Part shown: one piece after another, positions 18,838 to 31,907 of the stretch
Numbering within the stretch: position 1 is the first letter of the stretch
Layout: each line of letters opens with the position of its first letter
Origin: an uncultured virus (IMG/VR IMGVR_UViG_3300017989_000070)
Lineage: Duplodnaviria > Heunggongvirae > Uroviricota > Caudoviricetes
DNA length: 64,000 bases
IMG/VR virus record: IMGVR_UViG_3300017989_000070
Strand: one strand, 5' to 3'
The notes under the pieces: generated by a model
The model's database searches: none
The model's input: the letters and a program-made list of their open reading frames with translations, nothing else
Told to the model about the DNA's origin: nothing
Translations under genes and position numbers: made by a program

Positions 18838-20610
18838 TCATCGCTCGCCCACCGTTCCCAGCGGCTTCTTGAGCCACTCGTCGAGGCCGCGGAGCGGTGA
18901 CCCCTCGTCGTGCTCTTCCTCGGGCGCGTCGAGCTTCGCCATCTCCCGGCGGGTCAGGTCGAGCAGCACCTCGTCGTAGGTGCGCGTGATGTTGTACTGG
19001 GGCTTGAGGTGCTCGGCCACCGCATCCCACCGCTCTTCCCGCGTGAGCCGCTCATCCGCGAGTTTGCCGATGGCCTCCTCGGCCTGTTCGAGCGTGGCCT
19101 TGATCGGAGGGGGGTTCTTGCGGAAGAGACACCGCTGGACGCGCACGAGCGCCAGGCCGACCGCGACCGGGCATGGGCCCACGCGAACCGAAGCCTGGAA
19201 GAGTTGCTCCAGCGCCCTGAGCATGGGCTCGAACTTCATCTGGTACAGAGTCCGCTGTTCCCACTCGCGGTAGCGCGAGGCGGCGCGGGAACCCGGGTCG
19301 CCGAACACCGCGCGAACCGCGTTGTCGTAGGACTTCCCGTAGTCCTTGTCCTCGACCTTGGCCGGGCGCCCGTAGTGCTCGGCGAAGAGAGCCTGCTTGG
19401 CGTCCTCCCGGGGCACAGACCCGAAGTGATAGAACTGGTCCACGTTCGCCCTCGCCTCCTGGCCGATGAAGCCCTCCTCCCGCTTCCTCTGCCGGAGAAT
19501 CTCCCGCGTGCGCTGCTCCTCGGTCCACACCCACCCCTGGTCGGTGAAGACGTGCTCGGCCCCGCAGAACCACCGTCGCGTGCCCACGGGCGGGTTCTGC
19601 TCGATGCGCACGAGGTCGTGGTCCATGAGGTTGACGTTGGCGTCGGCGGGGCACCAGTCCTCGTGCTCCTCCTCCCACGTGAGCAGGTTTGTGCTCCCGG
19701 TGAGCCGCGAGAGGATGTCCTTGCGAGCGTCGTCGTTGTCGAGGTCGCCGCGGAACTCGACCGCGCCGTCCCGGCGCACGCAGGTGTAGCGGTTGGAGAG
19801 GTACTGCGCGAACGAGGAGCCCCCCATACGCGGCTGGGCCCGGTAGTCGTCCTCGTCCACCCACATGCCCTCGCCGAGGTACACGACGTGGGCGCATTCC
19901 ACGGGGTCGTACATCTTCGTGCCCTTCTCGGGCGCGGGGATGAGGCGCAGCTTCGCGTACCCCAGTTCGCCTTCGCCGTCGAAGTCCCCGGGGTCGAGAA
20001 GGTCCCACACGTCGCACTCCGAGTCCCAGGCCTTGGCGTAGAACTCCCCCGAGCGCAGCGAGTCGCAGACGAACTGGAGGGTCTCGTGGTGGTCGAGGTC
20101 GCCCGTGATCTCGACCTCGCCGTCCTTCTTCGCCACCGTCTGGTACGGGCGATCGACCCGCAGAGCGTGTTCCTCGGCACAGAAGCCGGAGCCGACATCC
20201 ACCTTGAAGCGGTAGATCACCTGCTGGCCGCTGACCTCGATTGCCGTGACCTCGTGGCGCGAGCCGGTGCCCTTGATCTGGAACTCGTCGCCGATCTTGA
20301 ACTCGGGCGTGTAGCCGTCCGCGGCCCACATGATGGCGACGGCGCGGTCGACGCCGTAGTCCCGGGCGATGTCCTCCCACCACAGGCCGTTGCACCACCC
20401 GGGCTCGTGCTTGTCGAGCTTCTCGATGACGTGGCGCTTCTGCACGAGCGTGAGCTTCTCCCGCCGGGTGAAGTAGCGGTCGAACTCGTTCAGCGCGTTG
20501 ATCTCCGGCGGGTCGAGGTCCGAGGCCGACGCCAGGAGACCTGTGGTCACCGGCTCGTTGCGGTGTTCCCAGAGAGCCCGGTACAGGGGCAGGAAGTACT
20601 TCTTGCTCAT
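18838..20610 (-). CDS. Large hypothetical protein with internal tandem domain duplication
   Basis: ATG at 20610 after GGAG; two ~100-aa DGxVExxGDLD...W...W...GT repeats. Confidence 0.7.
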   Translation of the reverse strand: MSKKYFLPLYRALWEHRNEPVTTGLLASASDLDPPEINALNEFDRYFTRREKLTLVQKRHVIEKLDKHEPGWCNGLWWEDIARDYGVDRAVAIMWAADGYTPEFKIGDEFQIKGTGSRHEVTAIEVSGQQVIYRFKVDVGSGFCAEEHALRVDRPYQTVAKKDGEVEITGDLDHHETLQFVCDSLRSGEFYAKAWDSECDVWDLLDPGDFDGEGELGYAKLRLIPAPEKGTKMYDPVECAHVVYLGEGMWVDEDDYRAQPRMGGSSFAQYLSNRYTCVRRDGAVEFRGDLDNDDARKDILSRLTGSTNLLTWEEEHEDWCPADANVNLMDHDLVRIEQNPPVGTRRWFCGAEHVFTDQGWVWTEEQRTREILRQRKREEGFIGQEARANVDQFYHFGSVPREDAKQALFAEHYGRPAKVEDKDYGKSYDNAVRAVFGDPGSRAASRYREWEQRTLYQMKFEPMLRALEQLFQASVRVGPCPVAVGLALVRVQRCLFRKNPPPIKATLEQAEEAIGKLADERLTREERWDAVAEHLKPQYNITRTYDEVLLDLTRREMAKLDAPEEEHDEGSPLRGLDEWLKKPLGTVGER

Positions 20611-21828
20611 TTCTCCACCTTCTTCCTCGCGGCTCGAAGCTCGCGTGCGAGTTCGGCGCTCCCGGCCTTCTTCGCGTCCTCGGCCAGGCGCCCCAGCAAC
20701 GCGCCGACGCCGAGCCGGTCCACCGTGTAGAGCATGACCCGGATGGCGCGGTCGGCCTGCTCCAGGTCGCTCTGCTTCTCGTCCTCGGGCAGCATGAAGT
20801 AGGGCGTGGCCATCTGCCGCTTCCAGCGTTCGACCAGGGCCTCGGAGATGCACCCGGCGGAGAAGGGCTCGCCGGTCACGTGCTGGGTGCCCTGGTCGTA
20901 GACCTTGGACGAGAGATAGGCCATCCACCTGATCCACGCCTTGTGGGCCTCGTCGGCCAGGGTCTCGCGCAGGATGTCGCGCTCGGGCGGCGTGTCCACC
21001 TTAGTTCTGGGCATCCGGCCCCTCCCCCGCGTGGCGGATCGTCGCCAGGAAGCGGTCCTTCACCCCCACGGCTATGTCGCGCACCGCGACGAACTTCGCC
21101 ACGAGGCCGATCTCCCGGGCGAAGAGGATGAGCGCGAGGCGGTCCGCGCGCCTGCGCTCGGTGTCGAGGAGCATCTCCGTGAGCCCGAGCCGGAAGGCGT
21201 ACTGCGCCTCGGGCGTGCAGACCGCGCAGGGCATGGGGTCATCCAGGGGGCGCTCGTGAGGAGTGCCACAAATGGGGCAGCGATGGTCAGGCTTCATCGT
21301 ACTTCTCCAGCGCCTCGTCGAGCAGCGCGCCCACGTCCCGCGCCATGGTCGAGGAGTGCACCATGAGGTGCTCACGAAGCTCGCGCGCGTCCCGCACCGG
21401 CAGGTGCAGCACCACCTGGGCCTCGGGCCCGATCCACTCGCCTGTCTGCTCGAAGTGGTCCTTCGGGCAGTCAGGCGCGCAGCCGCGGTACTTCGTCCCG
21501 CAGTCGGGCGAGTGGCAGGTCCACCAGTTCTTCGGCGCACCGGACTTCCCCCGGCGGGTCAGCGTGGCGAGCGCCCCCGCGCCGATCATGTGGTCGGCGC
21601 CGAACTCCTCGAAGACCTCTTGCAACTCCTCGTCGGTGGCCTCGCGCAGGCGCATGTCCTCCTCGAAGAAGCTCACCCCGCCGCAGGCCGTGCAGAGCGA
21701 CAACTGCCCGGCCTGGGGCGCCTTCGGCCCCGGCATGGGGATGGGCACGGGCAGGCCGCAGTAGGGGCAGGCGTCCATCTCGCCCGAGGGTTCGAGGGCT
21801 TCGATGGTGTGGCCGTCGTCGTTCTCGT

Positions 21829-22341
21829 TCATCGCCACTGCCCCATCATCTCGTCGTAGGCGAAGCGCGACCCGAGCGCGTCCCAGATGTGGATCGTGCC
21901 CTTGGAGTAGCCGCACAGCGCGTTGTCGTAGATCATCGCGTACTCGTGGAGCCGCAGGTCGCCGTTGACGAACCGCACCCCGCGGTCGGTGGGCTTCCAC
22001 AGGCCGCTGGTGCGCTTGCGCGCGTCGTCGCTCGACGCCGTGACCGCGAGCCCCCAGACCTTGACGTAGGGGTAGTCCCTGCCGGTGAACTGGCAGTCGG
22101 AGTAGTGCACCCAGTCCCACCCACGCTCCTTCGAGCGCATGACCAGCGAGACGAGGAACGTCGCCATGTTCGCGTTGAACTTGCGCGGGTAGACCTGCAC
22201 CCGCTGGCCGCAGCAGGGGCAGAGCGTGCCCTCGACCGAGCGGTCGGTGATGTACTCCTGGGCCTCGTCGACCGTCATCATCGGGTCGGGCCGGGGGAGC
22301 TTGATCTCCAGGGGCTCGTGTAGATCGGGCAGTCTTCTCAT
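21829..22341 (-). CDS. Zn-finger/wHTH-like phage protein
   Basis: CPCCGQ...WGL...SGLWKPTDRG. Confidence 0.6.
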   Translation of the reverse strand: MRRLPDLHEPLEIKLPRPDPMMTVDEAQEYITDRSVEGTLCPCCGQRVQVYPRKFNANMATFLVSLVMRSKERGWDWVHYSDCQFTGRDYPYVKVWGLAVTASSDDARKRTSGLWKPTDRGVRFVNGDLRLHEYAMIYDNALCGYSKGTIHIWDALGSRFAYDEMMGQWR

Positions 22342-22421
22342 TTCCCACCTCCATGATGACCCCGGGGGAGCTACCCCCGGGGCCGGGAACCTTCAGCCCT
22401 GAGCGTCGGAGGGCTGAGTCA

Positions 22422-22460
22422 ACGCTACCTCACCTGCGAGGCGAGGTGAATTTTCTTTCA
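22422..22460 (-). promoter_or_regulatory. Class I sigma70-like promoter
   Basis: AAGAAAA-TTCACC-N17-TAGCGT. Confidence 0.75.
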
Positions 22461-22735
22461 CGAGGGCTCCTTCACGACCAGGATGACGACCTTGTCCGCC
22501 CGGACCGGGGCGCTCTTCTCGGCCAACTCCCGCTGGAGCTTGTGCTCGTTCTTCCGCTGGAAGTGCACGTAGCTCACCTTGCTGCTCACGCCGTCGCAGG
22601 GCTCGCCGGGCCGCGCGCCGCACTGGGGGCAGATGGTGAAGGCGGCGCTGCGGTCGAGGCGCAGCCACCTCGCGCGCTCCGAGGAGCGGACGAAGCACCA
22701 CTCGTTGACGACGAAGACCTCGGTGTTCTTGGAGT

Positions 22736-23230
22736 TCATCGACCGCAACCCCACCCCTCGCCGTCGCGGCAGCGGGTGCACGGCTCCCCGCGCGCCATGC
22801 GGCGGAAGTCCTCGTTGTCGGGCAGCGTCACGCCGAGGCGCCTGTGCGCCTCGGCGATGACCGGCGCCCCGTACTGGGGGTAGTTGTCCCTGTCGTCGAT
22901 GAACTCGACCATCTCGTCGTCGCCCAGCAGCCAGAACCACGCGCGGTAGTGGCCCACGCTGCGGTCGGCGGAGATGCCCCGGTGATTGATGATCTTCTCG
23001 ACGGCGAAGTCGAGGTACTGGCGCATGGTCGCGCGAAGAGCGTCATCGGTGGGGGTTCCCCGCCCGTCCAGCGTGCCCTCGTCCCACTGCTTCTTGGTCG
23101 TGCCTTTCTTGATCAAGGGCTTGGCGTGCTCGTAGTCGAGGAAGAGGATGTACTCGTCCACCTCGAAGCCGAGGAAGTCCCCGGAGGAGCGTTCGTCGAT
23201 CTGCTTCACGATCTCTTCTTGTGTCCGCAT
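22736..23230 (-). CDS. Hypothetical phage protein (probably leaderless)
   Basis: MRTQEEI...HRGISADRS...WFWLLGD; ATG follows the -10 box after a 6-nt spacer. Confidence 0.75.
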   Translation of the reverse strand: MRTQEEIVKQIDERSSGDFLGFEVDEYILFLDYEHAKPLIKKGTTKKQWDEGTLDGRGTPTDDALRATMRQYLDFAVEKIINHRGISADRSVGHYRAWFWLLGDDEMVEFIDDRDNYPQYGAPVIAEAHRRLGVTLPDNEDFRRMARGEPCTRCRDGEGWGCGR

Positions 23231-23236
23231 GGGCTC

Positions 23237-23275
23237 ACCCTACGACGGGCTGGTGGTGAGGTGAATTTTCTTGCA
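23237..23275 (-). promoter_or_regulatory. Class I sigma70-like promoter
   Basis: TGCAAGAAAA-TTCACC-N17-TAGGGT-N6-ATG. Confidence 0.8.
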
Positions 23276-24104
23276 CGTAGAGCGCCCTCACCCGCCCCAC
23301 CTCGGCCCGTGCCGGGGTGAGAGCGCCCAGGAGACCGCCCCGCGCATCCCGCAGCCTGACGGCGTGGGTCGTGACCATCGCCACGCTCTCGGTGGAGGTC
23401 TGGCCCAAGGCCACGCGCCCGGCCAGGTGCGCGGCGTGGGCCGTCGCGGCGAGCATGCGCCGGTCGGTGTCCTCGACGGTCCAGCCCGTCACCTGCTGGG
23501 TCATGAAGTGCTCCTGGCGGAGCCACTCGCAGGCTTGCAGGCACTCGTCGTCAGATGCCTGGCCACCGCCCCAGCGCCACAGGACGCCCAGCGCGTCGCG
23601 GACTTCCGAGCCCGTGATGTCCGTCGTGATGGACGCCACGTGCGAGGCCTCCTGCACGCGCCAGAGGTCTTCGGTGATCAGCTTCACCTTGGGCTGCTTC
23701 TTCACTCTTCCCCCCTCAACACCAGCATGGCCCTCAACGGGCCCTTGACGTTGGCCCAGGGCTCGCCGCGGTCCCACTTTTCGAGGTGGGTGAGAGCCTG
23801 GTGCACCCGGTACTGTGTGACGTACAGTTCCTCGCGCAGCCGGGTGTTCTCCCGGACCTCGCACATGTGGCATCGCTCGAAGCCCTCGGGGGCGTCGAGG
23901 CCGCAGCCTCCCCAGCACTTCATTCGCTGCCCTCGGGCAACCTGTTCTCCCAGGTGATCATGGTCAACTCCGCCATGATCTTCTCGTAGACCTCGCGGGG
24001 CGTACCGCTGTACCAGCCGGGGTAGTCGCTGATGTAGCGGTGCCTGAACTTGACGCCGCCCACGTGGTACTTGAAGCATTCCTCGTGCTCCAGGTGCAGG
24101 GTCC

Positions 24105-25199
24105 TCATGAGTCCTCCAAGTCGATCAACTCCGCCGCCGACCTCTCGCGCCGGGGCTTCAACTCCAGATAGCCCAGCGTCGTCTTCTGCGACGAGTGCCC
24201 CAGGTAGTTCTGGACCATCTCGATCGACGCGCCGCGCTCCCAGGCCTCGTTGCCGAAGAAGTGCCGCAGCCGGTGCGGCCCGTAGGCCACCCCCAACGCG
24301 CGCTCGGTCATGGCCCGGATGATGTGCGTGATGCTGTCGGGCGTCAGGGGGCGGTCGAAGACGTACACCTCGCCGCTGGGCGTCCGGCGCATGGACGGGA
24401 ACATGAAGCCGTCGATCTCCATCGCCTCGATGTACTCGGTGAGCGCCGCCTCCAGCTTCGCAGGGACGAGGATGCTGTCACGCTTGGCCCCCTTGCGCCG
24501 CAGGTGGAGCAGCATCGCGTTGCCCTCCTGCTCGATGTCCTCCACGCGAAGCTCGCTCGCCTCCTGGCGGCGCATCCCCGACCAGGCGAGCAGGACGAAG
24601 AGCATCCGGTTGCGAGTCTCGACCGGGTCCTCGGGCGGGTGCGCCGCGATGACCTGCTGGACCTCCTCCATCGTGAGCACGTGCTTCACGCCCGAGCGGG
24701 AGTCCTTCACCCGCCGGACCAGCTTCGAGTCGGCGGGGTTCGACGCGATGAGCCCCTCGCGCTGGGCGATGGTGAAGAGGAACTGGAGCGCCGAGAGCCG
24801 CCCGGTGATGGTCGAGGGCGCGAGCCCGGCCTCGGTCTGGAGCACCGAGCGGTAGGCGAGCACCTCGTGGTGGGAGATCTCGGTGATGTGCGCGTCGAGC
24901 CAGTCGACCGCCTCTTCCCTCTCCTCGGGCGTGAGCTTGCGCCGCGCGACCCAGTCCGCCATGGCGTCGGGGTCCGCTGTCGCCTGGAGGAACCGCGCGA
25001 AGTCGGCCCAGGCGTAGACGTACATCCGCTGGGTGGTGTTGCGCTTGAGCCCCGCCTTCTCGGCGCGCGTCTTCGGCCCGAGGAGTTCCGTGGCGGCGAG
25101 CCGCGTCAGCTTCACGGGCTTGCGCCGGGTCAAGCTCTGGGCACGGGGCACGATGCTTGACTGGTTTTCCGCGTCAGGGTTCTTCGACATTTCCGCCAT
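24105..25199 (-). CDS. Tyrosine recombinase/integrase (XerC/D-like)
   Basis: SAM-like N domain; SGMRRQE (R), KGAK, HRLRH (HxxR), LGHS...TLGY (H, Y). Confidence 0.92.
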   Translation of the reverse strand: MAEMSKNPDAENQSSIVPRAQSLTRRKPVKLTRLAATELLGPKTRAEKAGLKRNTTQRMYVYAWADFARFLQATADPDAMADWVARRKLTPEEREEAVDWLDAHITEISHHEVLAYRSVLQTEAGLAPSTITGRLSALQFLFTIAQREGLIASNPADSKLVRRVKDSRSGVKHVLTMEEVQQVIAAHPPEDPVETRNRMLFVLLAWSGMRRQEASELRVEDIEQEGNAMLLHLRRKGAKRDSILVPAKLEAALTEYIEAMEIDGFMFPSMRRTPSGEVYVFDRPLTPDSITHIIRAMTERALGVAYGPHRLRHFFGNEAWERGASIEMVQNYLGHSSQKTTLGYLELKPRRERSAAELIDLEDS

Positions 25200-25301
25200 T
25201 CTGGCACCGCGGCCAAGGCCCGACAACAGAAAAGGGCCATTTTCGGACAGCTAAGAGGATTTTTGTTGTCCTGTTGAAATTCGCGGAGTAGGTTGAGAAA
25301 T

Positions 25302-25342
25302 CCGAGTCAAGCTCCTCCGACGCACGCTGGAGCTTGACTCGG
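25302..25342. repeat. Perfect 14-bp inverted repeat
   Basis: CCGAGTCAAGCTCC-N13-GGAGCTTGACTCGG. Confidence 0.9.
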
Positions 25343-25456
25343 TGGAGGGGTTGCCGTGGACGCTTGCGCGCAGACGCACTTCGCCGTCTTGGACAACGGG
25401 CGCTACCGGCACATCTACCGCGTGTCGGTCCGGGCGTTCGAGTTCATCAAGGACCC

Positions 25457-25497
25457 GTGCAAGAAAATGCTCTCCCACCCTGAACCGATATAGGGTG
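25457..25497 (+). promoter_or_regulatory. Degenerate class I promoter with overlapping inverted repeat
   Basis: GTGCAAGAAAAT...TAGGGT; CCACCCT/AGGGTGG palindrome over the -10 box. Confidence 0.6.
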
Positions 25498-25524
25498 GCC
25501 GTGGACACAAGGGAGGTATGGACA

Positions 25525-27051
<1,527 letters not shown>

Positions 27052-27460
27052 TGTGAGGGTGATGACATGAAGTGGATCATCGAGGACGAGCACTGGGACG
27101 GCGCCAACCCCCACTGGGCCGACTACTCCGACGACATGGCGCGCCAGTGCGCGGACAACTGCCGATTCCGGCGCGGCGAGGCGTACCTGCCCCCGGGCCG
27201 GTGCCCCCGGTTCACCTGCGCGCTCTTCGACACCCCCCTGGGCATCTTCTGCTCGTCGACCGACGAGGACGCCGAGGCCGAGGGCATGCCGCCAGCGGTC
27301 ATGCACTACGCCGAACGCTGCGAGGAGTGCATCAACAAGGAGGTGCGTATCTGTGGCGAGCGCGCCGTGATTCGCATCGAGGTCGAGTGCGAGCGCGAGC
27401 CGGGGCACGAGGGCGAGCACGCCTGCGGCTCGGGACAAGGCCAGATCACGTGGAGATGAC

Positions 27461-27814
27461 ATGAAGCTCTCCCAACGCACCGAACTCGCCATCCAGGCCT
27501 GCGCCTACCTGCTCCGGCGCCCCCAGCAGGTGGTGAACGCCAAGGTCATGGCCGGGGACATGGAGGTCTCCAAGACGCACCTCGCCAAGGTGATGCAGGA
27601 CCTCGTGCGCTCGGGGATCGTCGAGAGCGTGCGCGGGTACTACGGCGGCTTCCGCATCGTGAACGACGACGCCTCGGTGCTCGACGCGATCCAGTCGCTG
27701 GAGGAGCGCCTGGTCTCCGAGAAGCCCACGACGCCCGAGGTTCAGAAGATACGCGACGCCATCGAGGCGGCGCTCACCGAGAAGCTGGGCAGCATGAAGC
27801 TGCTCGACCTGTAG
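27461..27814 (+). CDS. Rrf2-family transcriptional regulator
   Basis: MKLSQRTELAI...HLAKVMQDLVRSGIVESVRGYYGGFRI. Confidence 0.85.
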   Translation: MKLSQRTELAIQACAYLLRRPQQVVNAKVMAGDMEVSKTHLAKVMQDLVRSGIVESVRGYYGGFRIVNDDASVLDAIQSLEERLVSEKPTTPEVQKIRDAIEAALTEKLGSMKLLDL

Positions 27815-29386
27815 GAGGGATGATGGACAACGAGAACGAAAAAGTGGCCCCGGGCCTTACGCCCCGCGAACACTTGGTGCTCTCGATCTTCGCGCACGGG
27901 GACGGTCTCACCGTGTCCGACGCAGCCATGTACACAGACCTGCCCCGGGGCGAGGTCGCTGAGATCATCCGCGGCCTGTCGGGGTGCAGCCTCCTGGCCA
28001 AGATCGACAACCAGATGCACCACGTCACCAACAAGGGCACCGCCGCGCTCGCGGAGTACGTACCACCCAAGCCCAAGCCCGAGCCCACGCCCGAAGAAGA
28101 GCCCGAGGACGAGGCCCTCTCAGGCATCGTCCAGATGGCGCTCTCGGAGATCACCCGCATCCCCCACGTGGTCCACGACGCCGTGGCCGCGCTGGAGCGC
28201 GAGGACTTCTTCGATCAGGTGATGGACCGCGACTGCGGGGTGCCCCACGTCCCCCAGGACTTCGACCGGCTGCACGAGGAACTGGAGACCCTGTCCGACG
28301 CCGCGCGCAAGGCCAAACGCGCCGCGGTGGTCCTTCAGGTGCGCCTGGCGAAGATCAAGGAGCGGGGGGAGTCATGAAACAGAACCTCGTGGATTTTCTC
28401 TCGGACATGATCGACTCCCACGAGAAGCTCGCCGACTCCCACGAGGAGGCGAAGGTGCTCGCGGAGAACTTCCGCGAGGCGCTGCGGGAGGTGGGGCAGA
28501 TGCACGGGATGATCGACAGGTACACGGAGATCGTCCAAGAGATGTCGCTGTGCATCCAGATGCACGTCCCGGAACGCGACTGGCCCCCTTGCCTGAAACA
28601 GGCCGCTGCACGGCGCGGGACACGGGGAGAAGCATGACCAACTACCAGCGCGGCTACGAGGCCGGGCGCGAGGCCGAGCGCCAGGCGGTGGTGAGCTTCA
28701 TCGCCGAGGCCACTGATGTCGTCGGCACGGTCGGAGGTGGGCTCACCGACGAGGAAGAGGAGTTCTTCGCCGACGCGGTGTTCTCCATCCTGGCCGCGCT
28801 CGCGGCGCGTATCAACGACGGGGACCACAGGAGGGGCGCATGACGCTCGGCGAGATCAGAGAGCTTCTGGAGAGCCGCATGAAGGCGACCGACGCCCGAT
28901 GCAACTTCTTCAAGGCGTTCCTCCTCGAAGGCGACAACAGGTGCTACGTCGAGGTCACGGTCGAGCTTCGCCCGGCCAACCGGGACGACTGGCACTTCCG
29001 CGTGCAGGTCGACCCGCACCTGCACATCGGCGCGAGCGCGCCCGTGGCCCAGGAGTACGTCGTGCTGATGGCCCAGGCCGCGCACCTCGCGGGGTGGGCG
29101 CAGCGGGTGGTGGACCAGGGCACGTGGAGAGCGGAGGAGATTGCAGGATGACGCTCAAACGGTTCTGTGACTACTGCGGGGCGGAGGTCGACCAGGCCGA
29201 TGTCGTGATCAAGGGCTCCGGGGACCTCGTCGCCATGTTCACTGTATGCCAGGCGGCGGGGAACGGCATCGGGGGCGCGACGACCAAGGTCGACGTGTGC
29301 CGGGAGTGCGCTGTCGACATCCTGACGGGCTCGCGGTCGCCCGACCCGAGCAAGGAGATCATGAGATGAGAGCCCCCGCCCCCTGA

Positions 29387-29435
29387 TGCAAGAAAATTCA
29401 CTCCAACCCCAACCCGTGCGAGGGTGGTTATCATG
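29387..29435 (+). promoter_or_regulatory. Class I sigma70-like promoter (leaderless)
   Basis: TGCAAGAAAA-TTCACT-N17-GAGGGT-N7-ATG. Confidence 0.7.
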
Positions 29436-31907
29436 AACAGAACGGCACTCGAAATCGTCCGAAACAGCCTCCACTCCCGGCGCATCCACGGCCAGGAGTA
29501 CACGATGGGGGAGCTTGCTGGCGTGATGGAGTCGGTGGTCTTGGCGATCCTCGACACGCCCGAGATGGAGCCTGGGGTCTCGGCGATCCTCAACGCGCCC
29601 GAGGTCATCCCCGACTGGGAGAAGCTCGCCACCGAGAACGGGGACACCCTCCAGCGCATCCGCACCACGCTGCTCGCCCACGCCCAGCAACTCGACATGG
29701 GGCTGGCCGGGTGCCGGGGGGCCGAGCAGGTCGCTGTCGACTTCGCGCTCGCGGCCCAGGAGCTTCATGACGACGTGAAGCAGTTGAGGGGCGTGGTCGA
29801 CTGCGCGCGGAAGCTCGCGCAGTCGCTCGAAGCCGAGTGCCTGACCACCCACGACGAGAACCTCCTCGCTGAACTGCAAGAGGCCATCGAGGGTTGGGAA
29901 GAGGAGGACGCATGATCCGCATGCCCGTCGAGTACGTCTGCGACCTGTGTGAGTACCCCAAGACGGTCTGGGTGCGGACGCACAACCAGCTTCTGGCTCG
30001 CGCGAGCATCAACACCGGGGGCTCCTTTGTCGGGGTCCACCCCGAGGACCGGACGGCCTGGGAGGCCTTGGGCCTGCACGGGGACTCCGCGGTGCTCTGC
30101 ATGAACTGCTTCGAGCGGGAGAAGGCCGCGTTCCGGCGCGTGTCGATAGGGGTGTGAACCCCAAGGAGGACTGAACATGGAACGACCGAGCTTCGTCTCC
30201 GACGAGCAGGAGAAGGTGGTCATCGTCAACGTGCCCGAGGGCTGGACCGTCAGCGTGATGGCGATGGACAGCGGCATCGGCCTGGAGGTGGGCTCCGTGA
30301 AGCCGAAGTGCAAGCCGTACACGTCGCTGGTCGAGGTGAAGGCCGAGCGCCAGACGAGGGCGCCGCGCCTGGAGGACTACGACTCCGAGGAGGCGTCGTG
30401 AGCAACCACATCGACGGACTGCCTCGGGACGACGATGACCTCAACTCGATGCGCTACGAGCAGGGCGGGGTCGTCATCGCAGCGACCGAGAAGCCCAACG
30501 GAGGCGTCAACGTCATGGTCAGCCATCGCGGGGTGACCGACACGGTCGTCATCCCGAAAGCGAGCAGGCGGCACTACCAACAGGGCTTCGAGCTTCTCGC
30601 TGTGGCGCTCAAGGTCTGGAAAGGAGGCTCCTCGTGACGCTGCGAACCATCACCGTGCCCCGGCAGGTCGATTGCCGCGACGAGACGTGCGGCTCCTGCG
30701 CCGAAAGGCAGGGGCCCTACCACGAGACCAACTGGTACTTCTGCGCGGCCTACGGGGCCATCCTGCGCGAAAGCGCGCTGGTCGAGGGACGCTACGAGTC
30801 CGTGCGCTGCGCCGAGTGCCTGGCGAACGACCGCGAGGCCCTCGACTTCGAGACGCTCTACGCGCGGATGCTCAAGGTCCTGAAGCAGATCGCCAAGGGC
30901 GAGGTCGGCAAGACCTACACCGAGAAGGACTTCCGCAACCTCGCGCTCGACGAGAACCACGCCTACCGCATCCTCGCTGACCTTGAGAACCACGGGTTCG
31001 TGCACGCGGCGGGTGAGCGGTGGTCGTACACGCCGAGGTGGAGGGACCTGCCGTGAACATCTACATCGTCGACAAGGTCTGCTTCATCCCCCACCCCGGC
31101 CTCTCGGGCATGTGGATCAAGACGCACCGCTCGGCGGCGCTCGTGGTCTGCCCCCAGTGCGGCGCCCAGGTGGGCGAGCCCTGCCGGGGCGCGAGGGAGG
31201 CGCGCTGGGTGACATCGATCCACTACTCGCGCCGGGACGCAATCAAGGGCATGGAGGACATCCCCGTCGCGGGGGTGCTGGCCGTGCCCGACCACGACAA
31301 GCTGAAGTGGGTCGATACCGAGCCCTACGCGGGAGTTGTGAAGGAGAGCTTCGAGCGCCCGGGGGAGCCCATCCCCGCGCGCATGGTCGAGGAGGAGTCA
31401 TGAAGGACCGCAAGCAGGAGGGCCACCACGACTACGACGGCGCGTGCAAGCCTGGCAAATTCACCTGGGCCAGCCAGACGGCCTTCTCGGTGAGCGTCTT
31501 CCGCTGGGTCGCCAAGGCCAGCGGCAAGGGGCTGAAGAAGAGCGCGAGCGTCTACCGCATCAAGGGCACCATCGCGCACCCCGAGCGCGTCTACGAACGC
31601 GCCGAGGAGGTCTGCGACATGCTTGACCGCGGCGAGACGCTGACGGGCAAGAGCGAGACGGTGAAGCGGTGACCCACTACAGCAACGACCCGACCATGTG
31701 CCGCGTGGACTTCTTCAAGCCCGGAGGGAAGTGGAAGTACACCGAGGGCGTGCCCTTCGACGACAACTACCACCTGAACCCCGTCGATGGGCTCAAACGG
31801 GCGCTGCGCACGCACTGCCAAGGGCGATTCAAAGGGCTCGTCGCGGTCTGCCTCCACCCTTACTCGAAGTACGAACACCCCGTCATGATCACGGATTGGG
31901 AGAAGCC

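Larger units (their letters stand above)
12991..24108 (-). other. Block of about 28 coupled small minus-strand hypothetical genes, many Cys/Zn-finger-like
   Basis: Continuous stop/start overlaps and RBSs on the minus strand. Confidence 0.8.

Noticed and set aside
25182..25190. KNP near the integrase N-terminus and other scattered NP dipeptides
   Set aside because: Outside the effector cassette and compatible with chance; not counted as tag evidence
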